A DNA stretch of 63,208 bases, filler included, from Actinomycetales bacterium (GTDB lineage Bacteria > Actinomycetota > Actinomycetes > Actinomycetales > CAVURS01): the NCBI GenBank assembly GCA_045807245.1. It is 4 parts of 4 records of this genome, joined end to end, with 100 filler letters (N's around TTAATTAATTAA, not from the genome) between each part and the next. Parts side by side here need not be neighbours in the genome. Positions count along the whole stretch, not along the records: positions 1 to 17,362 come from JBJMHS010000082.1; 3 more parts are not named here. One strand, 5' to 3'. The first letter of the stretch is position 1, and each line of letters starts with the position of its first letter. The position numbers were made by a program, and so were the translations under genes. The notes below the pieces were generated by a model. The model saw only the letters and a program-made list of their open reading frames with translations. It was not told the origin of the DNA and did no database searches. Shown piece by piece: positions 7,726-15,803 of this stretch.

Positions 7726-8811
7726 CTACCGACTCAGAGCGCCGGCTCGGTGCAGGCCCGCAGCTGAGCCGCGCCGCCGGAGGGACATGACGAGGGCGAG
7801 GACGCGGGCAACGGCCTGGAACAGCTCGGCCGGGATCTCCTGACCGATCTCACATGACCGGTGCAGAGCCCGGGCCAGCGGCACGTCCTCGACCATGGGT
7901 ACGCGGTGCTCGGTGGCCCGCTCGCGAATCTTGGCCGCGACGGCTCCGGCGCCCTTGGCGACGACGCGCGGTGCACCCTTGGACGGCTCGTACTTGAGAG
8001 CAACGGCGACGTGCGTGGGGTTCACGAGCACGACGTCGGCGTGTGCGATGTCCGCCATCATCCGGTTGCGGGACATACGGATCTGGCGCGACCGGATGGC
8101 CGACCGCATGTGCGGGTCACCTTCGGACTGCTTGTGCTCCTGCTTGACCTCGTGCTTGGTCATCCGGATGGACTTCTCGGTGCGGCGCCGGGCGACGACG
8201 TAGTCGGCCAGGCCGATTGCGACACCGGCGACGGCGGCGAGCCGGACCATGGACACGATGGCGTCCGCGGTCGATCCGGTGATCGAGCTCAGCGGCAGGC
8301 CGCCGGACAGCGCGAGGTGCGGGAGCAGCCGGCGGACAGCGACCCAGAGCACGAGCCCGCACACGATCGTCTTGAGGACGGACTTCACCGCCTCCCACAG
8401 GGTCTGCATCCCGAACAGCCGCTTGAGGCCCTGGAACGGGTTCAGGTGCTTGAAGTCGGGCTTGAGCTTCTTGGGGGCGAAGTGCAGGCCGCCCTGGACG
8501 GCCGCCGAGCCGATGGCGACGATGACCGCTGCCAGCAGCAGGGGCCAGAGCACGCCGACCAGTCCGCCGAGCCCTTGGGCCAGCACGCGTCGAGCGGTCA
8601 CCGGTGACGGATCCGCAAAGCCTGCGGTCGCCGTACTCATCAACCGGCGGAACAGGTCCGTCGCGTTGCCCATCGCATGGGGCAGCAACATGGCGATCAC
8701 CAGCAGCGACATCCAGGCGCCGATGTCCGGCGTGCGGGGGAAGCGGCCCTCTCGCCGGGCTTCCTTGCGCCGTCGCGGTGTGGCCTTCTCGGTGCGGTCC
8801 TCCCCCGCCAT
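7726..8811 (-). CDS. flhB: Flagellar export substrate-specificity protein FlhB
   Basis: RTEKATPRRRKEARREG N-terminus, EVKQEHKQSEGDP, intact NPTH autocleavage motif, VVAKG. Confidence 0.97.
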   Translation of the reverse strand: MAGEDRTEKATPRRRKEARREGRFPRTPDIGAWMSLLVIAMLLPHAMGNATDLFRRLMSTATAGFADPSPVTARRVLAQGLGGLVGVLWPLLLAAVIVAIGSAAVQGGLHFAPKKLKPDFKHLNPFQGLKRLFGMQTLWEAVKSVLKTIVCGLVLWVAVRRLLPHLALSGGLPLSSITGSTADAIVSMVRLAAVAGVAIGLADYVVARRRTEKSIRMTKHEVKQEHKQSEGDPHMRSAIRSRQIRMSRNRMMADIAHADVVLVNPTHVAVALKYEPSKGAPRVVAKGAGAVAAKIRERATEHRVPMVEDVPLARALHRSCEIGQEIPAELFQAVARVLALVMSLRRRGSAAGLHRAGALSR

Positions 8812-8813
8812 CG

Positions 8814-9578
8814 TCAGCGACCCATCACATGGCCGAGGGCCGACAACGAGTCACCGACGAGCCCTTGGACGACGCCGGGCATCGTGACGAGCGCCGCACC
8901 CACGACGGTCAGCGTGATCAGGATCTTGAGCGGGAAGCCGAGCGAGAACGCGTTGAGCGCCGGGGCGGCACGCGTCAGCAGGCCGAGGCCGATGTCCGCG
9001 AGCAGGAGGACGGCGAGGATCGGGCCGGCGATCTGTGCGGCCGCCAGCAGCAGCCCGGACGTCGCCTGGGTCGCCACCTCCGCGACGGAACCGACGGCGA
9101 GCCCGCCATTGAGCGGCACCAGCTTGTACGACGCCATGAACCCTTGCAGGACAATGAGATAGCCCCCCGAGGCCAGCAACAACGTGAGCGCCGTCATCTG
9201 GTACATCCGGCCCATGACGGCGTTGCCGGACTGCATGAGCGGGTCGTAGAAGAAGCCCAGCGCGAACCCGCCGGACACGTCCACCAGGTCGCCCGCCGTC
9301 TGCACGGCCGCGAACACCAGGTAGCAGATGAAGCCGAGGGCACCGCCGGTGAAGACCTGCCAGATGACGGCCGAGATGACCGATGCCGTATCTGTCGCAG
9401 GCAGCACCATGTCCGGCCGACCCAACAGCGGCAGCGAGAGCGCCACCGAGAGCAGCGCCTTGACCGGACCCGGAACGGCTCGAGACGCGAACGGCGGCGC
9501 GACGACCAGCCAGGCCGCGGCCCGGGCGGAACCGAGCAGCAGGACCAGCAACGCCTGGGTCGGGACGTCGACGTTCAA
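8814..9578 (-). CDS. fliR: Flagellar export protein FliR
   Basis: Hydrophobic; AVQTAGDLVDVSGGF, DIGLGLLTRAAPALNAFSLGFPLKI; probable TTG start 4 nt after the fliQ stop. Confidence 0.93.
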   Translation of the reverse strand: MNVDVPTQALLVLLLGSARAAAWLVVAPPFASRAVPGPVKALLSVALSLPLLGRPDMVLPATDTASVISAVIWQVFTGGALGFICYLVFAAVQTAGDLVDVSGGFALGFFYDPLMQSGNAVMGRMYQMTALTLLLASGGYLIVLQGFMASYKLVPLNGGLAVGSVAEVATQATSGLLLAAAQIAGPILAVLLLADIGLGLLTRAAPALNAFSLGFPLKILITLTVVGAALVTMPGVVQGLVGDSLSALGHVMGR

Positions 9579-9582
9579 CGTG

Positions 9583-9858
9583 TCACCCGGTCTGGAGGAT
9601 GGTCGGCATCTGCGTGTACAGCTGCACGGTGAAGCTGACCAGCTCGTGCAGCATCCAGTTGCCGCACAATAGAATCGCCACACCAACGCCGATCGCCTTC
9701 GGCACGAAGCTCAGGGTCACCTCCTGGATCTGGGTGACCGACTGGAAGAGCGAGACGCCGAACCCGACGAACAGGGCCGTCAGCAAGATCGGTGCGCACA
9801 GCTTGAGCCCGACCAGCATGGCCGACAGCGCAAGGTGGATGACTGTGGAGTCGCTCAT
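9583..9858 (-). CDS. fliQ: Flagellar export protein FliQ
   Basis: SLFQSVTQIQEVTLSFVPK signature; start ATG 9858. Confidence 0.96.
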   Translation of the reverse strand: MSDSTVIHLALSAMLVGLKLCAPILLTALFVGFGVSLFQSVTQIQEVTLSFVPKAIGVGVAILLCGNWMLHELVSFTVQLYTQMPTILQTG

Positions 9859-9866
9859 GGCCGCCG

Positions 9867-10787
9867 CTAGTGGTAGCTCTGGATCAGGGCATGGACGACC
9901 AGGCCCCAACCGTCGACGAGGACGAAGAGCAACAGCTTGAACGGCAGCGACACGCTGACGGGCGGCAACATCATCATGCCCATCGACATCAACGACGACG
10001 AAACGACGAGGTCGATGATCAAGAACGGTATGAAGATCAAGAAGCCCATGACGAAGGCCGACCGCAGCTCTGACAGCACGAACGCGGGGATGAGGGTCGT
10101 CAGGGACACGTCGTCGCGGGTCGCGGGCTTGGCCTGACCCGAGTCCTTGGTCATCAGCGCCAGCTCTTCGCTGCGGGTCTGCTTGAGCATGAACTCCCGC
10201 AGCGGCTTCACGCCGTCGTTGAAGGCCTGCGACTGGGTCTTGTCACCCTTGAGGAACGGCTGGACGCCCTCGGAGTTCACCTGCGAGAGCACGGGCGCCA
10301 TCACGAACAGGCTGAGGAACAGCGCCAGTCCGGCCAGAACCTGGGTGGGTGGGGTCGAGCCCAGGCCCAGCGCGTTCCGGGTCAGCCCGAGCACCACGAA
10401 GATCTTCGTGAAGCTGGTCATCATCAGCAGCAGCGCGGGCGCCACGGAGAGGGCGGTGATCGCCAGGATCACGACGATCGAGGAGCTCGGCTTGCCGTTC
10501 GTTCCGGGCACGGTGACGGTGACGGTGCCGTTGCTGTCGGCGCTGCCGTCGGTCGCTGCCGCCTTCTTCGATGGGCCCTTGGGTTGGGCCGGCTTGCCCG
10601 GCAGCGCGACAAGCGATGCGGAGACAGACGCCGAAACCGTCGCCGGCAGAGCGGACTGGGTTGCAGCCGACGTTGTGGCGGACGTTGCCGCGGAAGTTGC
10701 GGCGGTTGTTGCCGCGGAGGACGAACCGGCGGAGATGAGCAGCGTCGCGGCCGCCAGCACGAAGCCGGCGGCGGCTCTGCGGATCAC
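9867..10787 (-). CDS. fliP: Flagellar export protein FliP with long low-complexity N-terminal extension
   Basis: LLMMTSFTKIFVVL, PAFVLSEL, DLVVSSSLMSMGMMMLPPVSVSLPFKLLLFVLVDGW. Confidence 0.97.
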   Translation of the reverse strand: MIRRAAAGFVLAAATLLISAGSSSAATTAATSAATSATTSAATQSALPATVSASVSASLVALPGKPAQPKGPSKKAAATDGSADSNGTVTVTVPGTNGKPSSSIVVILAITALSVAPALLLMMTSFTKIFVVLGLTRNALGLGSTPPTQVLAGLALFLSLFVMAPVLSQVNSEGVQPFLKGDKTQSQAFNDGVKPLREFMLKQTRSEELALMTKDSGQAKPATRDDVSLTTLIPAFVLSELRSAFVMGFLIFIPFLIIDLVVSSSLMSMGMMMLPPVSVSLPFKLLLFVLVDGWGLVVHALIQSYH

Positions 10788-11227
10788 CGTCTGAGCGTGA
10801 GGTCACGCACCGACTCCACGGTGCGCCGCCACGTGTCAGGGGACAGCGCCGAACCGGCGAGCCTGCCCTCTTGCGACTCACGCCGGTTCGGCGCCGAGTC
10901 GATGACCACACGACGTACGACGACTCCGTCGCCGGTCGAGGGGTCGGTCGCGGGAACATCCGGTTCCGCCGCGACGAAGTCGGAGACTGGTGCCTCCGAC
11001 AGGAGAGTGACCGACTGGTCGGTCACCCCGACGACGAGCGCCCGCTCGCCGAGCCGCACCACTGCCACGGAGGCCTTCGACCCCACGGAGCAGCGGCTGA
11101 TCACTGCCAGGTCCGGGCCGCCGTTGCGAGGTCGCCCTCGCCGTGCGAACCGGGCCACCACGAACAGCAGGCACAGGACGACCGCGAGGGAGATGACCAT
11201 GCGGATGGCCACACCCATCGTGCCCAT
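10784..11227 (-). CDS. fliO: Flagellar protein FliO
   Basis: One N-terminal TM, then a beta domain (VISRCSVGSKASVAVV..LVVGVTDQSVTLL); between fliN and fliP with overlapping junctions. Confidence 0.85.
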   Translation of the reverse strand: MGTMGVAIRMVISLAVVLCLLFVVARFARRGRPRNGGPDLAVISRCSVGSKASVAVVRLGERALVVGVTDQSVTLLSEAPVSDFVAAEPDVPATDPSTGDGVVVRRVVIDSAPNRRESQEGRLAGSALSPDTWRRTVESVRDLTLRR

Positions 11228-11940
11228 CAGCGATCGGCCTCCACGGCGGAGGCGACGATCTCGGTCACCCGCAGGGCGAACTCCTCGTCGACGACGACGA
11301 CCTCACCGCGAGCGATGAGCCGGCCGTTGACGAGCAGGTCGACGGGGCTGCCGGCCATGCGGTCGAGCTCGACGATCGAGCCGGGCTCGAGGTCGAGCAG
11401 GCTGCGCACCGTCATGCGGGTGCGGCCGAGCTCGGCGGTCACGTCCATCTCGACGTCGAGGAGCAAGTCGTACGCCGCTCGCGAACCGTTGCCGTTCTTG
11501 GCTTCTGCCTTCTCCTTCACCGCGACAGCGAGCACTGCGTGAACCGTGCCGTCAGCAGTCATCGGGAACGCCACGAGCGAGGTGTCCTTGGCGAACGCGG
11601 CGTCCGCGTCGACGACGGTCACGGGGCCGATGGCGACCCGGCCGAAGCTGGCGACCGCTGCCTCCAGGACACCGCGGGCGGCGTCGACCAGCGACAGGGC
11701 GCCGATGCCGCTCGTCGCCAGGGTCTGCGCCATGTCGGCGTCCACGACGACCATGACCGTGCCGTGGCTGGTGCCGGAGAACGTTGCGGAGAAGGCCGAC
11801 CCGCCGGCCGGCAGGACGGCAGCTGCCGAGGCCGCGGTCACGGGCTCGGCGGGCTCTAGCGGTGCGGGCGACCACAGCGCACCCGCGGCAGCGCTGGCGG
11901 CGGCGAGCAGGCGCGGGTCGATGTCGACAGTGGTGTTCAT
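11227..11940 (-). CDS. fliN: Flagellar motor switch protein FliN (long form)
   Basis: C-terminal SpoA domain LLLDVEMDVTAELGRTRM..GSIVELDRMAGSPVDLLVNGRLIARGEVVVVDEEFALR. Confidence 0.93.
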   Translation of the reverse strand: MNTTVDIDPRLLAAASAAAGALWSPAPLEPAEPVTAASAAAVLPAGGSAFSATFSGTSHGTVMVVVDADMAQTLATSGIGALSLVDAARGVLEAAVASFGRVAIGPVTVVDADAAFAKDTSLVAFPMTADGTVHAVLAVAVKEKAEAKNGNGSRAAYDLLLDVEMDVTAELGRTRMTVRSLLDLEPGSIVELDRMAGSPVDLLVNGRLIARGEVVVVDEEFALRVTEIVASAVEADR

Positions 11941-12863
11941 GCGAGTGACTTTCTCGAGGAGACGACGAGACAGGCGACACGTGCACCTTGCTGGCCCAAA
12001 GTGGCTGAGCCGCAGACGGACTCACCGGCAACGAGGTCCAGAGGCCGGGAGACAGGATGAGGGAAACGGACGACGTCCCCGACCGACAGGCCCATGATGG
12101 CGGCGGACGTCATGCGGGTCGGGGTGAGACGAGCCGCCACCTCGATGGCGACCTCCTGGACGGAGTTAGTGATGGCCCGCCGGGTCAGTGCACGCGCCGC
12201 CGACTCTGCGGCCTGGTCGGAGGACGTGTCGGTCGGCTTGGGAGTGACGGCGGGCATCGGGAGCGCCAGGCTGGCCAACCCCTCGACGTTGCCGATTCGC
12301 ACGGTGAAGCCAGCCACGGCCAGCAGGTCCGAAGCTGCTGCGGCCTGGACGAACTGCGGGTTGCTCTCGAGACCGGAGAGCCGGGGGGTCAGCGACACCA
12401 GACCGGTCAGCGCGTAGCGCAGCTCCGACAGGATCCGCTCGAACAGGTCACGGACGAGCTCGGACTCGATCTCGGAGAGCGTGCGCTCCGGCTGCGGGCC
12501 GCCCTGGCCGCCGAGCATGTGGTCGATGCACAACATGGACAGCTCGAGCGGCCACTGCAGGATCCCGGCACCGGCGAACGGCTCGGGCGCGAACATGCCC
12601 ATCGTGGTCGGGGACGGCAGACCGCTGACGTACTCGTCGTACGTGCGCTGCTCGACCCGGACCGGCTCGATGCTGACCAGCACCCGCAGCGACGAGCTGA
12701 GCAGGGTGCTCCACTGCCGCGCGAAGGTGTCGTAGGCGACCTCAAGCGCCCGCGCGTGTTCGCGGGAGAGCTTGGTGGGCCGGCGGAAGTCGTACGGCAC
12801 AGGGGTGCCGCGACGTCGTACCGACTGCTCCGTCGTGGAGCTGCCTTGGGGTTGCACGTTCAC
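11937..12863 (-). CDS. fliM: Flagellar motor switch protein FliM (true start may be GTG 12857)
   Basis: PYDFRRPTKLSREH, VEQRTYDEYV, LESNPQFVQ, C-terminal SpoA domain. Confidence 0.95.
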   Translation of the reverse strand: MNVQPQGSSTTEQSVRRRGTPVPYDFRRPTKLSREHARALEVAYDTFARQWSTLLSSSLRVLVSIEPVRVEQRTYDEYVSGLPSPTTMGMFAPEPFAGAGILQWPLELSMLCIDHMLGGQGGPQPERTLSEIESELVRDLFERILSELRYALTGLVSLTPRLSGLESNPQFVQAAAASDLLAVAGFTVRIGNVEGLASLALPMPAVTPKPTDTSSDQAAESAARALTRRAITNSVQEVAIEVAARLTPTRMTSAAIMGLSVGDVVRFPHPVSRPLDLVAGESVCGSATLGQQGARVACLVVSSRKSLA

Positions 12864-12865
12864 TC

Positions 12866-12891
12866 TATCGGCAGATAGCGCGCCGCCTTGA
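12866..12891 (-). promoter_or_regulatory. Putative sigma28 promoter for fliM-flhB
   Basis: Minus strand TCAA-N15-GCCGATA immediately upstream of fliM. Confidence 0.75.
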
Positions 12892-12938
12892 TCTTGCCTT
12901 TCTGCGCTAGGACCGGCGGGAGAACTACCCCGAACGGG

Positions 12939-13415
12939 CTATTGCATCACGAACTCGGTGAAATAGATGTCCATGATCTCGTCGGGATAGGCCTTCTCCA
13001 GCTTGTCCAGGTACTCCTTCTTGGCCTCTTCACGCTTGGCCGGGACGGCGAGCGTGTCCATCGACATGCCGCTGAACTCGCTGATCGCGATGTCCGTGGC
13101 CTCGCTGCCGTCCAGGTCCGACTTGGCCTTGGTGGTGGTCTGCAGGGCGATGCCGAGCTTCAGGTAGTGGCCGCCGGACAGGTTGAGGCTCACCGACTCC
13201 AGCTTCACGACTGCGCCCGGCTTGGGCTTGGCCGGGCCGGTGGCCTTGCTCTTGCCGAGGGTGAGCTTGTAGCCGACGCCGGCCGCGAGCAGGACGACGA
13301 CGAGGATGATGACGAGCTTCTTCTTGCCGCCCTTCTTCTTCTTCTCCGGGACGACCTCCGAGCCGGCCGGAGCGTCCTTCGCACCGGCGCGCACGGGGCT
13401 CAGCGTGGTTGCCAT
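12939..13415 (-). CDS. fliL: Flagellar basal body-associated protein FliL
   Basis: KKKKGGKKK then one TM; LNLSGGHYLKLGI, DIYFTEFVMQ C-terminus; SD GAGAGG before ATG 13415. Confidence 0.93.
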   Translation of the reverse strand: MATTLSPVRAGAKDAPAGSEVVPEKKKKGGKKKLVIILVVVLLAAGVGYKLTLGKSKATGPAKPKPGAVVKLESVSLNLSGGHYLKLGIALQTTTKAKSDLDGSEATDIAISEFSGMSMDTLAVPAKREEAKKEYLDKLEKAYPDEIMDIYFTEFVMQ

Positions 13416-13472
13416 GATGCGTTCCTCTCGTTGGGTCGTGCTGCTCATCTGTTCAGGGATCGACATGTCGGG

Positions 13473-14414
13473 TCACCCCAGGTCCGTCAGGCTCTTGCCG
13501 AGACCGGGCAGGAGCGCCCGGACGGCTGCGGGCTGCTGAGACACGACGACCATGTCGACGCGCCGGTTGTAGCTGATGCTGCGGGCGTCGGACGCCGGGT
13601 AGAGGGGCCGTGACGAGCCGAAGCCGGTCGCCGAGAGACGCTGCGGGGCGACGGCGCTGGTGCCGATCAGGTACCGCACGACGCTGCTGGCCCGAGCCGC
13701 GGACAGCTCCCAGTTGCTCGGGTACACCGGGCTGTTGATGGCCAGGTTGTTGGCATTGCCCTCGACGGCGATGTCGTTCGGCAGCGGCTCGAGCACGGGA
13801 CCGACGGAGTCCAGCACCTGACGGCCCTTGGGTCGTAGGTCGGCACTCGCGCTCTCGAAGAACACGTCGTCGGCGATGATCGCGACGGTGAGGCCGCGGT
13901 CGGTGACCCGGAACCGCACCTTGTCCTGAAGTCCGGTGCCCTGCAACGACTTCCGGATCGCCTTCTCGATGGCGCTGAACTTCTGCACCTCGGCCTGGGC
14001 GGCCTTCTTGGCGGCCGCTTCCGCATCGGCAGTGCTGCTGCTGCTGGCTCCGCTCGTGGAGTTGCTGCCTTGACCGCTCTGGTAGGCGTTCGCGTTCTTG
14101 TCGGTCGTCGTGTTCTGCTTGATGCCGAGGCCGACGTCGAGGCCGAACGCCGCCGGCACCACCCCGTCGTTCTGGTTGATGCCGGTTCCGCCCGTGACGG
14201 GGACGTTCTCCGTGGCACCGAAGCCGGCCGTGAGACCGGTCTTGAGGGCCGCGAACTTGCGCTGGTCGACCTGGCTGATGGCGAAGAGCACGATGAAGAG
14301 GACCATGAGCAGGGTCATCATGTCGGCGTACGACACAAGCCAGCGCTCGTGGTTCTCGTGCTCCTCCTCATGGGCCGCGTGCTTCTTGCGCCGGCCGTGA
14401 CCGCCGGCGCTCAT
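13473..14414 (-). CDS. motB: Flagellar stator MotB
   Basis: ERWLVSYADMMTLL with the essential Asp; OmpA-like domain NWELSAARA..NRRVD; ATG overlaps the motA stop. Confidence 0.97.
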   Translation of the reverse strand: MSAGGHGRRKKHAAHEEEHENHERWLVSYADMMTLLMVLFIVLFAISQVDQRKFAALKTGLTAGFGATENVPVTGGTGINQNDGVVPAAFGLDVGLGIKQNTTTDKNANAYQSGQGSNSTSGASSSSTADAEAAAKKAAQAEVQKFSAIEKAIRKSLQGTGLQDKVRFRVTDRGLTVAIIADDVFFESASADLRPKGRQVLDSVGPVLEPLPNDIAVEGNANNLAINSPVYPSNWELSAARASSVVRYLIGTSAVAPQRLSATGFGSSRPLYPASDARSISYNRRVDMVVVSQQPAAVRALLPGLGKSLTDLG

Positions 14415-15178
14415 GCTGCTTCCTTCTGCGCCGATCCGGGCGGCAGCAGGCTGTCGAGCCGCTGCTGTACGACACGGGGGTTGGTGCCCGACTGGATCGC
14501 CAGGATGCCCTCGACGACCAGCTCCATCTGCTGGCACTCGAGCTCGCTGGTCCGCTTGAGCCGGCTGGCCAGGGGTAGCCACATGACGTTCGCGCTCATG
14601 ACGCCCCACAGCGTCGCGACGAACGCACCCGCGATCAGGTGGCCCAGCTCGTCCGGCTTGCTCAGGTTCTCCAGGACGTGGACCAGACCGATGACCGTGC
14701 CGATGATGCCGATGGTCGGCGCGTAGCCGCCCATGTCGGAGAAGAACTTCGCCCCCTGCTTGTCGGCCGCCCGCTTGGCCGCGATCTGACCCTCGAGGAT
14801 GTCCCGCAGCTCCTCCGGGTCGGCCCCGTCGATCGCCGTCTGCAGCCCGTCCCGCAGGAAGTCGTCGTCGATCCCCTTGGCGGCGTCCTCCAGCGACAGC
14901 AGCCCCTCACGGCGAGCGCGGTCCGCCAGACCGACGATCGTCTCGATGGTGGCGCGGCTGTCCTGCGCCTTGGACAGGAAGGCCTTCTTCAGCGTCCCCA
15001 CGACGCTGATGCTGTCCTTCAGCATGCCGCCGGCCATGCCCGCGCCGATGGTCCCGAGGAACACCAGGACGAGCGGCGCCGGCAGGAAGAGGGCCATGGG
15101 GCTGCCGCCCTCCATGATCATCGACCCGAAGACGGCTCCGAACGCCAGGGCGATCCCGACGACTGCCGCGGGGTCCAT
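14411..15178 (-). CDS. motA: Flagellar stator MotA
   Basis: ARREGLLSLE, GGYAPTIGIIGTVIGL, AFVATLWG, EGILAIQSGTNP. Confidence 0.97.
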   Translation of the reverse strand: MDPAAVVGIALAFGAVFGSMIMEGGSPMALFLPAPLVLVFLGTIGAGMAGGMLKDSISVVGTLKKAFLSKAQDSRATIETIVGLADRARREGLLSLEDAAKGIDDDFLRDGLQTAIDGADPEELRDILEGQIAAKRAADKQGAKFFSDMGGYAPTIGIIGTVIGLVHVLENLSKPDELGHLIAGAFVATLWGVMSANVMWLPLASRLKRTSELECQQMELVVEGILAIQSGTNPRVVQQRLDSLLPPGSAQKEAA

Positions 15179-15477
15179 CAGAGGTTCCCGCGGCGCAGCG
15201 GCACCGGGGGTGCAGCCGGCAGGTCGGCCTCTGTCTCGTCGTCGGAGTCCTCGGACAGGCCGGCCACGAGGTGCAGCTGCGTGGTCTCCTGGGCGCCGCT
15301 GACCACGGCGATGCGGTAGCTGAGCATGCGCTCGGCCACGACCTCAAGACTCTCGGCCACCAGGTACTTGGCACCGTCGACCAACGTCACCACCGTGTCG
15401 TGGCTGGCCTCGACTCGTTGTACGAGGTCAGGGTTCAGCGCGAAGCGCTCCCCCGACAGCTTGGTCAGGATGATCAC
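15178..15477 (-). CDS. flbD: Flagellar FlbD/SwrD-family protein
   Basis: MIILTKLSGERFALNPDLVQRVEASHDTVVTLVDGAKYLVAES; GTG 15477; directly before motA. Confidence 0.9.
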   Translation of the reverse strand: MIILTKLSGERFALNPDLVQRVEASHDTVVTLVDGAKYLVAESLEVVAERMLSYRIAVVSGAQETTQLHLVAGLSEDSDDETEADLPAAPPVPLRRGNL

Positions 15478-15480
15478 GGT

Positions 15481-15519
15481 GTCCGTCCTTGGCTTGTTGT
15501 GCGTCGCCCGTCCGTGGGC
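15481..15519 (-). promoter_or_regulatory. Two putative CsrA-binding ANGGAN hairpins in the flbD-motAB leader
   Basis: GCCC-ACGGAC-GGGC (15519-15506) and CC-AAGGAC-GG (15492-15483), the latter over the SD of flbD. Confidence 0.65.
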
Positions 15520-15529
15520 ACGCCTTCCC

Positions 15530-15555
15530 ATCGGCCGCCGTACCGGCTGTCTGAG
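15530..15555 (-). promoter_or_regulatory. Putative sigma28 promoter for flbD-motA-motB-fliL
   Basis: Minus strand CTCA-N16-GCCGAT. Confidence 0.75.
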
Positions 15556-15602
15556 CCGTTGACCCGGCGCGGCTGCTCCATTCGGGTCCTCCCGCGCGCG
15601 AC

Positions 15603-15704
15603 GTACCCCTCACCAGCCGCTTTGCCCCCTGAAAGCCGCTGCGAAGGGCCGTTTCCGGCCCGACGAGCGGCTTTCAGGGGGCAAAGCGGCTTTCGGAGGG
15701 CACC
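15603..15704. repeat. Palindromic intergenic repeat element, copy 1 (REP/REPIN/MITE-like)
   Basis: Perfect 26-bp inverted repeat 15615-15640 / 15666-15691 (AGCCGCTTTGCCCCCTGAAAGCCGCT); related copies at 48810 and 61273. Confidence 0.9.
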
Positions 15705-15714
15705 CAAACTGGGG

Positions 15715-15746
15715 GCGGGGCACCCGGTGTTGGCTGGGTGCCCCGC
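15715..15746 (-). terminator. Putative intrinsic terminator after flgE
   Basis: 11-bp stem GCGGGGCACCC/GGGTGCCCCGC, followed on the minus strand by a short AGTTT tract. Confidence 0.6.
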
Positions 15747-15803
15747 TCCGTCCGTCGGCTGTACGGCGTGCGCTACTGCGCGACGTCGCTCACCGCTCCA
15801 CTA

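Noticed and set aside
5301..7790. Long antisense/alternative-frame ORFs (e.g. 829 aa here; also 21167-23341, 26846-28975, 58047-59798)
   Set aside because: Shadow ORFs expected in ~72% GC DNA opposite well-recognised genes; Arg/Pro/Ala-rich with no motifs
15603..15704. CRISPR array or toxin-antitoxin sRNA interpretation of the GAAAGCCGCTTT repeats
   Set aside because: Units are adjacent or inverted with no unique spacers, copies are dispersed, and no cas genes are present
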